Shown: positions 16,785-26,908 of the stretch, one piece after another | How positions within the stretch are numbered: position 1 is the stretch's first letter | How the letters are laid out: the number at the start of each line of letters is the position of its first letter | Virus record (IMG/VR): IMGVR_UViG_3300044730_002015 | Span: 32,001-96,000 of that record | Source of the DNA: a virus | DNA: 64,000 nucleotides | Direction: 5' to 3' (one strand) | Program-made: the position numbers and the translations under genes | Notes under the pieces: generated by a model | The model's database searches: none | What the model was told of the DNA's origin: nothing | The model's input: only the letters and a program-made list of their open reading frames with translations

Positions 16785-17692
16785 GATTGTCCTTGTAATT
16801 GGTCGGTGGCTGCGATAATTTCTTCAACATTGAAGATCTCTTGATCTTCAGTAAAGGGATACTCGCCTTCGTTGCCGTTGAAGTCAAAGTCAAACAAGTA
16901 ACTGTGCGGCAGTTTGAATTCGTAGGGTATCTTGGTGCAGATGTTGGTGTGCAGGTCATAGCCAAACACCTTGGGACTGGTGCCATTCCACAACACCACA
17001 GAAGGCCGTCTCAGTGCTGCCGCTGTGTGTTGCAAACAACTGTCAATCAGGATGTTTTTTTGGCTGTGCAGCAACAGGCTAAACAGTTCCATGGTGCTGA
17101 GGAATTTCTGTGGGGTAGCAAACACATGGTGAGCACCCTTGAGTTTGGGTGAGTTTATTTTGGTCACTTGATAAATGGTGTAGTCTTTGCGATAGTGATC
17201 TACCAGAGCCTGTCCTATGTTTTCCGGCATGTCTCGGGTCCAGGAATAGGCCTTGGCGTCAGTGGTCATCATTCCACCATTGGTATGCAGTACCATGATG
17301 GGTTTGGTGCCGCGTATCCAATACTTCCTGCTGAGATCCTGTTGCAACTTGTTGAGTTTGACCACAGGAGTTTCGCCTTTGTATTCTATGCCATACATCT
17401 TGCACCAGGTCTGTACCAATGGTAATTTTTGGTGTATATGATCTGTGGTAAAGTAAGGTTCATGATGGAATATCAGAGAATCTTGATCTTTGATGTAATT
17501 TTGATAAAAGTAACTTGTACCACCAATGGTGTACACACGGTCTACAAAATCTAGATTGGTAAACACATCGGGATAGGCGCACACCACTATGAGCTTGCGA
17601 TCTGGATGATTGTTCTTGATGGTACGGGCCACGGCTGTGGCTGCCACGTGTTTGCCTAAACCACCTTGTACATGGAAAATGCTGTATTTCAT
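16781..17692 (-). CDS. GT-B glycosyltransferase (GT9/heptosyltransferase-like)
   Basis: GGLGKHVAAT N-terminus; IDSCLQHTAAAL..PSVVLW C-terminal motif. Confidence 0.75.
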   Translation of the reverse strand: MKYSIFHVQGGLGKHVAATAVARTIKNNHPDRKLIVVCAYPDVFTNLDFVDRVYTIGGTSYFYQNYIKDQDSLIFHHEPYFTTDHIHQKLPLVQTWCKMYGIEYKGETPVVKLNKLQQDLSRKYWIRGTKPIMVLHTNGGMMTTDAKAYSWTRDMPENIGQALVDHYRKDYTIYQVTKINSPKLKGAHHVFATPQKFLSTMELFSLLLHSQKNILIDSCLQHTAAALRRPSVVLWNGTSPKVFGYDLHTNICTKIPYEFKLPHSYLFDFDFNGNEGEYPFTEDQEIFNVEEIIAATDQLQGQS

Positions 17693-19002
17693 TTGAGTCC
17701 TTGTGTATGTCTTTCCAACACAGTAAAGCCATTGTTGTTAGTTTTATGTATGCGGAAGCGCCAGTGCGGATTTTTTATTAGGAATTCAATTATGGCAGTG
17801 AGCAGGCCTTGGCGATCACGACCATCTTCGCCGCACAGGCCAAAGGTGTAAGTGTCATGGAATGCTATGTATCGTCGGGCCTTGTTGCCATGCAAGGCCA
17901 ATTCTTTCTGTAACTGTTCGTAGGTATGCAAGGTGTCAATAAACAGCAAATCCATGGGTTCGACTTCTATATCCAGCACATTGGCTTTGATATATTGAAC
18001 AGACTTTCCCTGTGCCTGGGCTTTGAGGAATAGTTCGCGCACCTTAGGATGCAACTCAATATCAAAACTCAACAATTCAACATCGCTGGCCAAGAATGCA
18101 CGAGTACTCACGCCGGTCCTGACTCCAAACTCCACCACTGTCTTGCACTCTTGGGCCAACTCGTATAGTATGTGTACATTTTCATTGATGTCGCTCACAT
18201 TGGTACGAGCCCAGTGATATTCCTGATCGAATACCGTGGCATTTGTGTTATTGAGCTTTTTTGCCAGCCGCTGCCTACTGTACATATTAATCATGTTCTG
18301 GGGAATATCCCAGTTTTTGCTGTTTTTAAAATGTCCGTAGGCCAAGAGATTTTTACTGTCTAGTTCTATGCGGCAGTTGATCTCACTGTCGGGATCATTG
18401 AACTTGGTCAGCGTTTCTGAGATGGTGCCTTTTATGCGGTTGCTGTTGATGGCAAACACACGTTTGGCTCGTTGTGCAAAATAGTCGTCACCGTACCATA
18501 CCTGATACAAACTGGGAATCTCTTGATAAGATTGTTTCATCATGAACATACAGATACCAAATGCCCAGGCCTGGCCACCAATGGGCTTGGTGTCATCGTA
18601 ATTTAATCTAACAATTTCTTCTGCTGTGTCAATGACATCGTCTATGCGATAATTGTTTTGTCTGCCGCGTAGATTCACACCAATGAGATCGCCGGCTTGA
18701 AATGGAAAATCGCTGACCATGTCAATCACGTCGGCTGATACAACAATGTCATCGTTTATGATGCCCAGGACATGTGACTGAGCCCGATAGTAACCTTCGT
18801 TCCAGGCAGGGTTCACAAAGATATTTTTATTGTATGATACTAACTCTACTTTCACATGGTTCAGCACGGACCATTGGGGTCTAGATTTACGATTGTTATC
18901 AATCACTATGATCTTGGCTATTTTGTCGTGATTGGCGTAGATTTCTAGCGCCTGATCAAAGTCCTTGACCATCCACATGGTGGGAATCACTACATCTATC
19001 AT
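17689..19002 (-). CDS. GT-A (GT2-like) glycosyltransferase fused to class I methyltransferase
   Basis: VVIPTMW, IIVIDN, VNPAWNEG, INDDI, WYGDD; then VVEFGVRTGVST, DLLFIDTLHTY, FHDT. Confidence 0.85.
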   Translation of the reverse strand: MIDVVIPTMWMVKDFDQALEIYANHDKIAKIIVIDNNRKSRPQWSVLNHVKVELVSYNKNIFVNPAWNEGYYRAQSHVLGIINDDIVVSADVIDMVSDFPFQAGDLIGVNLRGRQNNYRIDDVIDTAEEIVRLNYDDTKPIGGQAWAFGICMFMMKQSYQEIPSLYQVWYGDDYFAQRAKRVFAINSNRIKGTISETLTKFNDPDSEINCRIELDSKNLLAYGHFKNSKNWDIPQNMINMYSRQRLAKKLNNTNATVFDQEYHWARTNVSDINENVHILYELAQECKTVVEFGVRTGVSTRAFLASDVELLSFDIELHPKVRELFLKAQAQGKSVQYIKANVLDIEVEPMDLLFIDTLHTYEQLQKELALHGNKARRYIAFHDTYTFGLCGEDGRDRQGLLTAIIEFLIKNPHWRFRIHKTNNNGFTVLERHTQGLK

Positions 19003-19658
19003 AGTTTTTTGTCTTGTTTGAAATCGCCTTTGTACACTTTGTTGCCAATGTGAGAAACTGTGTAGTGTGGATTGACCCAGATATCATAGCCCAGTTCCAA
19101 TATCTTTCGGCTGAGCGTGATATCTTCTCCAACAAATCCACCATTCAATGAACTGTATTCGCAGATGTTGCGCAATTTTTTGCCACGGAATTCTAGTTCT
19201 GGATTGCTGGTCCAAAGATCCTCAACTACTTTGCGAGACATTTTGAGAAAACCAGTGCCGGTTTTTTGTACTTTGAAATAACCATCTGCGGGATCTTTTT
19301 CCATGTTTTGTGGGATCCAGATGTTGTAGGTCAAGGGTTCTTTGTCGCCTTTGTTGACTACTGGTACTGTGATCACATCCTTGTTGGACTTGACAATGTC
19401 AATCAAAACCTGCGCGGTCCAGTACTCATCATCGTCGATGAATACCATGGCGTCATAACCATCTTTGTAGGCAAGATTAAACAGTTCATTCCTGGCCATG
19501 GGCAAGATGCTTTCGTTGGCCAAAAATATGCAGCGTATGTCAATGTTGTGCGCCAGGCCCAGTTTGATTGATTCGCAGAGACTATGCACAAAATAGGCAT
19601 CTACCTTTTGATCCAGGCAGGGAGTTGCTACCAAAACTCGTTTTGTTGTTTTTTCCAT
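18999..19658 (-). CDS. GT-A fold glycosyltransferase-like protein
   Basis: VLVATP, ARNEL, FIDDD, GTGFL, GEDI, SHIG. Confidence 0.8.
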   Translation of the reverse strand: MEKTTKRVLVATPCLDQKVDAYFVHSLCESIKLGLAHNIDIRCIFLANESILPMARNELFNLAYKDGYDAMVFIDDDEYWTAQVLIDIVKSNKDVITVPVVNKGDKEPLTYNIWIPQNMEKDPADGYFKVQKTGTGFLKMSRKVVEDLWTSNPELEFRGKKLRNICEYSSLNGGFVGEDITLSRKILELGYDIWVNPHYTVSHIGNKVYKGDFKQDKKL

Positions 19659-19721
19659 AAAAAAAGGATCCTTGGGATCCTGGTATACGACCCAGGGTTA
19701 ATATTATGTATCAACCCTGGG
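19659..19721 (-). promoter_or_regulatory. Tandem hairpins between the Cys-rich fibre and the glycosyltransferase block
   Basis: CCCAGGGTT/AACCCTGGG (19691-19721) with an AT-rich loop; AGGATCC/GGATCCT (19665-19681) followed on minus by a T-run abutting the ATG. Confidence 0.5.
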
Positions 19722-19735
19722 CGCGAGTGGAAAAA

Positions 19736-22700
19736 TTATTGGCTTTCTAGTGCTGCTATGCGTGCCTTGAGACTTTCAATTTCTGTGGAAAGTTCATTCA
19801 CAGCATTGACCAATATGGGAACCATGTAATCACTGGTGATCTGCAGTTTGTCGGGATTGTCTGCAGATACCACCACTGGTGAATCGCCTTCTGCGGCCAG
19901 GACGTTTTGAGCACTGAATCCATAGCGTCGTTTGCCATCGGGATCAGTGATACAGCCTGACTCGCGATCTTTGAAACTATACTCAATGGGTTCGATGCTT
20001 TGCAGGAAACCTCGGCCATGTGGCACACGACCATAGATACATTTGTCTCTGCAGTCTGACACAGCAGTCCACGCAATCTGTATCTGAGCACAGGTATGCG
20101 CATTGTTACCCATGATGATACGATTACATTCTGTGGTGATGTTGGCCAAACCAACCGAAGTCAAACCTGTATTACAACCTATGAGAATGTTATTGCAACC
20201 AAAGGAATTGTTACAGCCAGCGTTGGGCCCTATAAAAATGTTATAGCCACCTGATGTATTAAGCTGTCCAGCATATCTACCAATGAATACCGAATTGCAA
20301 CCAAATGTGGTTTTGAAGCCAGCCTTCATACCAATAAAGGTATTGTAGCATCCGCTGACATTGCATTTTCCAGCGCAGAATCCCAGGTAAGAATTGTATC
20401 GACCGAATGTATTACACTGACCGGCCTGGAATCCAATAAAGAGGTTATGGGTACCGGAGACGTTGGCACAGCCAGCCATGTGTCCAATAAAATGATTTCC
20501 GTTACCGGTGGTGTTACAATTGCCAGCTTGGAAGCCCAGAAACACATTATAACTTCCGGTGGAGTTTTTGCGGCCAGCGCCACTACCAATAAAGATGCCA
20601 GTGCCAGTGGTATTGCATACTCCAGCAAGACATCCAATAAAAATATTATCATAACCTTGATTATTTTGACCGGCCTGGGTACCCAGCATGACGGTATATG
20701 AGCCGGTATTATATTCACCTGCTCGCTGTCCTATGTTTACATTACATTTAGAATAATTGCCAGCAGCCATCGAACCGCCGCCGGCATATTGGCCAATACT
20801 GATGTTTACCGTTGTATAGCAACGTCCTGCGAATTTTCCAATGGCAATTGTTCCGCCTGCGTACTGACCCCTAAATGCTGCGCAGTGACCTGCTGCAAAA
20901 AGATCAACACTTTGATTACATTTACCAGCACAAAAACCAAAAATAATGTTATGGCTACCACAAAGTCCATTCATACCACTGCAGCAGAAGAACAGATTAC
21001 AGGTACCAGCACAATATGTTATGGGTCCTGCACCTGCTGCTGCACCATTCACAAACAATCCAGAAGCTGTGACACAAAGTCTTGCTGTACCTGACCCATT
21101 GTCGCCAATGATTACAGTATTGGAGAGGCCGGCTGTTCCCGCCAAACTTGTACCAGCACCAATGATCACATTGCACACACCAGTGGTTACTGCGCACCCT
21201 GCATTGCAACCAATAAAGGTATTTTTAACGCCAGTGGTGTTGCCGTAGCCAGCACATCTGCCAGCGAAGAAGTTGTATGTACCAATGCTATTACAAAAAC
21301 CTGCGGACCTGCCAAGGATAGTATTATCACTGCCGCTGGTACTGTTATAACCAGCACACTGACCAGCCACAAAGTTGTGAGTACCGGTACCGTTACAGTA
21401 ACCAGCCATTCTGCCCATAAAAATATTATAACCACCTGTGGTAGTAAAATTCCCAGCGCAGTTACCAACCATAAAGTTATGACTGGCAGAGGTTTGGCAA
21501 CGTCCCGCATAATAGCCCAATATTGTGTTATAACTACCGGTATTTCTTAATCCTGCTTGTAGCCCCACAAAGAAATTGCCGCTGGCTGTGGTATTATAAA
21601 AACCGGCGCAGTGGCCAAGGAAAACGTTAAAGCTACCAAAGGTGTTGCAAAAACCTGCAGACATACCAATAAAGTTATTGCCGCGTCCGGTGGTGTGATT
21701 AGCACCTGCATTACAACCAATAAACGTATTGCATCTTCCGGTGGTGTTGCAGCAGCCGGCATTGCGTCCTATAAAGACATTGTGACATCCAGCTGTATTG
21801 CGGAAACCAGCACATGCACCGGCAAAGAAGTTGAACTCGCCATAATAACCACCAGCAAAGCCATTGCAGGTACCTGCACAAAAACCTGCAAAAAAGTTGT
21901 TGTTGCCACTACCACCATTGCCCGAAATACAGCTGGTGATGTTTCTTGTGCCACAGGCCACAAATACACTGCTTCCGCCTACAGCGGAACCGTTTACAAA
22001 CAATCCCGAAGCCGTTACGCACAATCTTGCTGTGCCTGACCCATTGTCACCAATGATCACTGTGTTGCTCAACCCAGCTGAGCCTGCCAATGCTGCACCT
22101 GTACCTATGATTACGTTACATATACCTGTGGTTACTGAGCAGCCTGCATCTACTCCTGCCATAACGTTGCAACTACCGCTGTTTAGAAAATAACCTGCAC
22201 CACCGCCTATAAGTACATTCCTTGTTCCAAACGATACATATCGTCCAGCGGCGCCACCGATTAATGTATTAACATCACCCGAAGTTATACTACAACCTGC
22301 GCAGGCTCCAATGACTATGTTATAGGAACCGCTGGCATTTGCTGCACCTCTACCAGCAGTGTCACCAATAAAGATATTTCGACAACCACGAACATGATTA
22401 CATCCAGAATACCTACCAACATAGAGGTTATAGTTGCCAGAGACATTACATTGGCCTGCACAACTGCCCAGGAATATATCATGCGTTCCGAATTCGTTAC
22501 TACGACCAGCAAACTGGCCAACAAAGATGTTATGACTTGTAATTGTGGTAAAGCCAGCACATTGACCAGCGAAGAAATTATGATTTCCACTGCAATTGCC
22601 GGCGCCCGCACAGTTGCCAAAAACTATGTTGTTTGCACCAGTAATATTTTTACATCCCGCACAGGCGCCTATAAAGACATTGTCTGCGCCAGTGGTGTTG

Positions 22701-25030
22701 GCTGAACCCGCACACTGCCCTGCAAAGAAATTGTCTGTGCCAGTGCCGCCATTGCCCGAGATGCAGCTCACGATATTGCGTGTGCCACAAACCAACATGG
22801 CACCACCGCCACCGCCCACCAATGTGCCATTCACATACAGGCCAGTGGCGTTGGCGCACAATCTCGTGGTTCCACCTGCGGAAATGACCACAGTACAGCA
22901 AAGACCTGCGCTACCTGCATAATTACCAATTATAGTGTTCTCAAATCCCGATACTACCGAACATCCAGCACCCAAGCCAATAAAGATATTGCAAGCACCA
23001 GTGGTGTTGCGTCGACCTGCATATGCTCCGATAAATTGATTGTTGCTGCCAATGGTGTTGCAATAACCGGCGCCTCTTCCAATAAAGGTGTTGCAAACAC
23101 CAGTGGTGGTGTATCGACCTGTACTGCAACCCACAAAGAAGTTGTGACAACTGGCACTGGCAACCAAGCAGCCGGCATATTTTCCAATGAATGTATTGTA
23201 TTGGCCTGCGGTGCCGTTGCTGCCACCACCATAGATAACTGTTCCAGAGGAATTGAAAGGCGAGGATAACTGTGATCCATTCACATATAATCCAGTGTCG
23301 TTGATGCACAACCTTGGAAAGCCGTTGGTCCTTTCGCCGATCATTACTATGTTCTGCATGCCTGCTGTGCCAACTAAGCAACTGGCAGCAGACCCAATTA
23401 TGACATTACATACACCTGTTGTTACAGCACAGCCAGCATTGCAACCAATGAATATATTTTTAGCACCAGTGCTGTTACAACAACCTGCATTGGCACCAAC
23501 GAAGATGTTGTTGGTTCCAATCGTGGTCGCAAATCCAGCATAACGACCAATGGCGATGTTACAACTGCCAGAGGTATTTGCGCGGCCAGCACTGACTCCA
23601 ACAAAAAAGTTGTGGCAGCCAAAGGTATTGAAGATGCCAGCAGCACGACCAATCATGGTGTTGTATGTGCCACTGGTGGTGGACTGACCTGCATAGGCTC
23701 CAGCGAAGAAATTGTTGGTACCAGTGGTAATAAAAGAAGCAGCATAACTACCAATAGCTATGTTATGGACACCGGTGGTAATGCAACGTCCACTGTTTTG
23801 ACCTATTAAGACATTGTTTGAGCCAATGGTGTTGCAGCAGCCGGCATTGCGACCAATAAACGTATTAAAGGTGCCGGTGGTGGTGTTGCGACCAGCACAT
23901 GCACCGGCAAAAAAGTTATCTGTGCCAGCTGTGCCCAGTCTGCCGGCATCTTTGCCGATATAGATGTTATTTGTACCAGTGAGATTACAAAAGCCAGCAT
24001 ATTGTCCAAGAAATACGTTGCATGATCCAAAGGTGTTTCTGGCACCAGTACACTCTCCAATGAATACGTTTCTTTGTCCGCTAGCATTGCCAAAGCCTGA
24101 ATCTTTGCCAATAAAGACATTGTAACTGCCAGTGATATTGCAACGTCCAGCCTGGCGACCAATGTAAACGTTGTATTGGCCAATGGTATTCTGGCAACCA
24201 GCTAGTGGTCCAATGAATACATTCTCTTTGCCGGTGGTAGTAGAAAACCCAGCGCAGCCTCCAATAAAAGTATTACAACTACCAACAGTGTTATTTCTAC
24301 CGGCATACAGTCCGATAAAAGTATTTTGACTTCCTGTGTTATTTAGACAGCCAGCGCGGAATCCAATAAATGTGTTATAGCAACCAGTGCTGATGGCACG
24401 TCCGGCGTCTCTACCAATAGATATGTTATCTTTTGCGCCAACGCAGTTCTCTGCGCCTGCCCCGGCATAGGTTCCAATACCGATATTATTGCAAAATCCT
24501 GCTGCGAATCTGCCTGCGGCATATCCAATAAAGACATTGCATGAACCGGTGGTATTGCACTGACCTGCAAAAGCACCTATCATATTGTTGTAACTACCAG
24601 TACTTAAATTAAATCCAGCAGCCCAACCCAAGGCATTGTTATTATTGCCAGTGGTGTTGCACATACCTGCGCAATGACCAGCAAAGAAATTTCTACTGCC
24701 AATGGTGTTGCATTGACCAGCATACTGTCCAATAAAGATATTGCGACTGCCAGTGGTGTTGAATCGACCAGCATATTGGCCCAGGAACGTGTTATAGCAA
24801 CCTGTTGTGGTGCGACCACCAGCCGCGCGGCCGATCATGAGATTGTGACTACCAATGGTCAAGCAAGCACCAGCGTTGGGACTGATCACAGTGTTGTATG
24901 TGCCAGTGGTTAGGGCTGCACCGGCACCGTTGCCAGCAAAAAAGTTGCTGCCAGATTTATTGTAATTGGTTACATTACATAAATTTCTGCTGTCATCTAC
25001 TACTGTGGTTCCTGCGACTTTGATAGCCAT
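19736..25030 (-). CDS. Cys-rich tail fibre with ~18-aa beta-roll repeats and C-terminal peptidase S74 intramolecular chaperone
   Basis: Repeats N-x-F-I-G-x-x-A-G-x-x-N-T-T-G; SDCRDK, YGFSAQ, MVPILVNAVNEL plus coiled coil. Confidence 0.85.
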   Translation of the reverse strand: MAIKVAGTTVVDDSRNLCNVTNYNKSGSNFFAGNGAGAALTTGTYNTVISPNAGACLTIGSHNLMIGRAAGGRTTTGCYNTFLGQYAGRFNTTGSRNIFIGQYAGQCNTIGSRNFFAGHCAGMCNTTGNNNNALGWAAGFNLSTGSYNNMIGAFAGQCNTTGSCNVFIGYAAGRFAAGFCNNIGIGTYAGAGAENCVGAKDNISIGRDAGRAISTGCYNTFIGFRAGCLNNTGSQNTFIGLYAGRNNTVGSCNTFIGGCAGFSTTTGKENVFIGPLAGCQNTIGQYNVYIGRQAGRCNITGSYNVFIGKDSGFGNASGQRNVFIGECTGARNTFGSCNVFLGQYAGFCNLTGTNNIYIGKDAGRLGTAGTDNFFAGACAGRNTTTGTFNTFIGRNAGCCNTIGSNNVLIGQNSGRCITTGVHNIAIGSYAASFITTGTNNFFAGAYAGQSTTSGTYNTMIGRAAGIFNTFGCHNFFVGVSAGRANTSGSCNIAIGRYAGFATTIGTNNIFVGANAGCCNSTGAKNIFIGCNAGCAVTTGVCNVIIGSAASCLVGTAGMQNIVMIGERTNGFPRLCINDTGLYVNGSQLSSPFNSSGTVIYGGGSNGTAGQYNTFIGKYAGCLVASASCHNFFVGCSTGRYTTTGVCNTFIGRGAGYCNTIGSNNQFIGAYAGRRNTTGACNIFIGLGAGCSVVSGFENTIIGNYAGSAGLCCTVVISAGGTTRLCANATGLYVNGTLVGGGGGAMLVCGTRNIVSCISGNGGTGTDNFFAGQCAGSANTTGADNVFIGACAGCKNITGANNIVFGNCAGAGNCSGNHNFFAGQCAGFTTITSHNIFVGQFAGRSNEFGTHDIFLGSCAGQCNVSGNYNLYVGRYSGCNHVRGCRNIFIGDTAGRGAANASGSYNIVIGACAGCSITSGDVNTLIGGAAGRYVSFGTRNVLIGGGAGYFLNSGSCNVMAGVDAGCSVTTGICNVIIGTGAALAGSAGLSNTVIIGDNGSGTARLCVTASGLFVNGSAVGGSSVFVACGTRNITSCISGNGGSGNNNFFAGFCAGTCNGFAGGYYGEFNFFAGACAGFRNTAGCHNVFIGRNAGCCNTTGRCNTFIGCNAGANHTTGRGNNFIGMSAGFCNTFGSFNVFLGHCAGFYNTTASGNFFVGLQAGLRNTGSYNTILGYYAGRCQTSASHNFMVGNCAGNFTTTGGYNIFMGRMAGYCNGTGTHNFVAGQCAGYNSTSGSDNTILGRSAGFCNSIGTYNFFAGRCAGYGNTTGVKNTFIGCNAGCAVTTGVCNVIIGAGTSLAGTAGLSNTVIIGDNGSGTARLCVTASGLFVNGAAAGAGPITYCAGTCNLFFCCSGMNGLCGSHNIIFGFCAGKCNQSVDLFAAGHCAAFRGQYAGGTIAIGKFAGRCYTTVNISIGQYAGGGSMAAGNYSKCNVNIGQRAGEYNTGSYTVMLGTQAGQNNQGYDNIFIGCLAGVCNTTGTGIFIGSGAGRKNSTGSYNVFLGFQAGNCNTTGNGNHFIGHMAGCANVSGTHNLFIGFQAGQCNTFGRYNSYLGFCAGKCNVSGCYNTFIGMKAGFKTTFGCNSVFIGRYAGQLNTSGGYNIFIGPNAGCNNSFGCNNILIGCNTGLTSVGLANITTECNRIIMGNNAHTCAQIQIAWTAVSDCRDKCIYGRVPHGRGFLQSIEPIEYSFKDRESGCITDPDGKRRYGFSAQNVLAAEGDSPVVVSADNPDKLQITSDYMVPILVNAVNELSTEIESLKARIAALESQ

Positions 25031-25041
25031 CTTCGTTGTCC

Positions 25042-26889
25042 TTAACTAGGCTTTGTATTTTTCAACTGATCAATCTGTTGCTGCTGTTCTTTGATGGCCT
25101 CGATCAGTATGGCTATCAAAGGCAGATAAGACACTGTCAATCCGCGTTCTTCTGAGTGTACCAACTCGGGTAACACTTGGATTAAATCTTGGGCTATGAT
25201 ACCATAGCTCTTGTTACCAGTTTCTTTCCACTTGAAACTCACGCCCTGTATGCTATTTATTTTGCTCAAGGCCGATTTGATGTTCTTGACATTTTTCTTG
25301 AAATTACGGTCTGAAGAAGTGTTGACATCCGTGGCTGTGAGTGTGCCTGAACTGGGGTTGAATGTGAGTTTGGTTGACGATATGGTGGCAGTGGTCAGCG
25401 AGCCCGAAGTGGCAGTGGCAAACACCGGATAGTAGTTGCTGTTGGTTGTGGTATCATCGGCTATGGTGGCGCCACCGCTGGAAATGCCTGTGAGCTGGCT
25501 GCCGTTGCCCAGTAGATATGAACCAGAAATGTTGCCCGAAGCGTTGATATTGCCAGTGACTGTCAAGATATTGGCAATATTAGCACCGTGGCTGAGTGCC
25601 ATGGTGTTGCTGGTACTGTTGTAGAAGAATGTGATGTTGCCACCAGAGGAGATATTGCCAATCTGTAGGCCGGCACCGTTAAGATCTGACAAAGTGGCAT
25701 TAGCATTGGCAGCAACGATGATGTCTTTGTCTGCTAAGAATATATTTGCAACATTGATTTCAGTTGTGGTACCTTCAACCCGCAGGTTACCTAGTATTAC
25801 TGCATTATGGGTAACCTGAAGATTACCAGCATTGACATTTGCAGAAACATTAAGATACTGACCGCTTACATTACCAAGAGCATTCACGTTGCCAGGATTG
25901 ACGTTGCCGGCAAGATTTATATCAGTTAATACTTGCCCTGTGAGATTGACGTCTTTGACATCCAACAGTGTGCCAACATTAAGATTATCAGTTGTTATAA
26001 GAGAAGTTACTGCAATATTACCAGCGGCGATATTACCTGTAGTAACAATATTGCTGGTCAATGAACCACTGGCCAAGTAGTTGGCTACTATTGCGTTGCT
26101 ATAACCTGCGGGTAGACCTGTTATAAATGCACCGTTGCCCAATAGATATGCAGCTGTTAGGTTACCTGTGGTACTGAAGCCACCAGCGGTAATGTTGGCG
26201 CTGGCTGTGACCGTGCCCGATCCATCCAGTTCCACTGTGGTGACTGCATCACCTCTTTTTACTCTTATCACTCCGCCCGTGCCACCCGAGAATGAATCTA
26301 AGGATGTGACATTTGCCGCGCCACCTATGATAGCTCCGCTGGTGATTAGGTTGCCACCAGTGATATTGCCCGAGGTGTCAATGTTGCCTGTAAGGGTGGT
26401 ACCTTCGGTGACCACTGTGTTGCCTGCAACTGTCAATTGTCCGTCTGCAATGCCCACCGATACGCCACCAATATAAATTGTGTTGTTGGACACATACAAA
26501 CTGCGCCATTGCAGTGTGTTAGAGCCAAGATCTGTGGTAGCATTGGATTGTGGTAAAACGTAAGCGGCAGTGATGTTGGCAGTGGTGATGATGTTGCCGG
26601 TCAATGAAACCAAATTGCCGGTATATGTGGGCAGGTATGCAGCCACATTTGAGTTGCTGTAGGTGCTGCCGCTCACAATGCCAGTCAAGAAAGCACCGTT
26701 GCCTAATATATATGTTCCCGAAATGTTACCGCTGCTGGTAATATTGCCTGTGGCAGTAATTACCCCAGTGACAGCGATGTTACCCGAATTGGCTATGCCA
26801 CTTTGGCTTAGGTCAAGCAAACTTCCCACAGGGATTTCTTGAATCTGTGAACTAGTAGTGTTAGCGATCAGTGGAAAATAATTGGCCAT
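25042..26889 (-). CDS. Tail fibre protein with peptidase S74 chaperone domain
   Basis: GNIT-type repeats; SSDRNFKKN, GVSFKWK, GIIAQD, LIEAIKE. Confidence 0.85.
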   Translation of the reverse strand: MANYFPLIANTTSSQIQEIPVGSLLDLSQSGIANSGNIAVTGVITATGNITSSGNISGTYILGNGAFLTGIVSGSTYSNSNVAAYLPTYTGNLVSLTGNIITTANITAAYVLPQSNATTDLGSNTLQWRSLYVSNNTIYIGGVSVGIADGQLTVAGNTVVTEGTTLTGNIDTSGNITGGNLITSGAIIGGAANVTSLDSFSGGTGGVIRVKRGDAVTTVELDGSGTVTASANITAGGFSTTGNLTAAYLLGNGAFITGLPAGYSNAIVANYLASGSLTSNIVTTGNIAAGNIAVTSLITTDNLNVGTLLDVKDVNLTGQVLTDINLAGNVNPGNVNALGNVSGQYLNVSANVNAGNLQVTHNAVILGNLRVEGTTTEINVANIFLADKDIIVAANANATLSDLNGAGLQIGNISSGGNITFFYNSTSNTMALSHGANIANILTVTGNINASGNISGSYLLGNGSQLTGISSGGATIADDTTTNSNYYPVFATATSGSLTTATISSTKLTFNPSSGTLTATDVNTSSDRNFKKNVKNIKSALSKINSIQGVSFKWKETGNKSYGIIAQDLIQVLPELVHSEERGLTVSYLPLIAILIEAIKEQQQQIDQLKNTKPS

Positions 26890-26908
26890 TTGTATGTCTT
26901 TTTAATAT

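Noticed and set aside
14757-19658. Bacterial LPS/capsule locus or host contamination
   Set aside because: The block is contiguous and co-oriented with phage structural genes, contains a phage late-type motif, and lacks transport/polymerase genes
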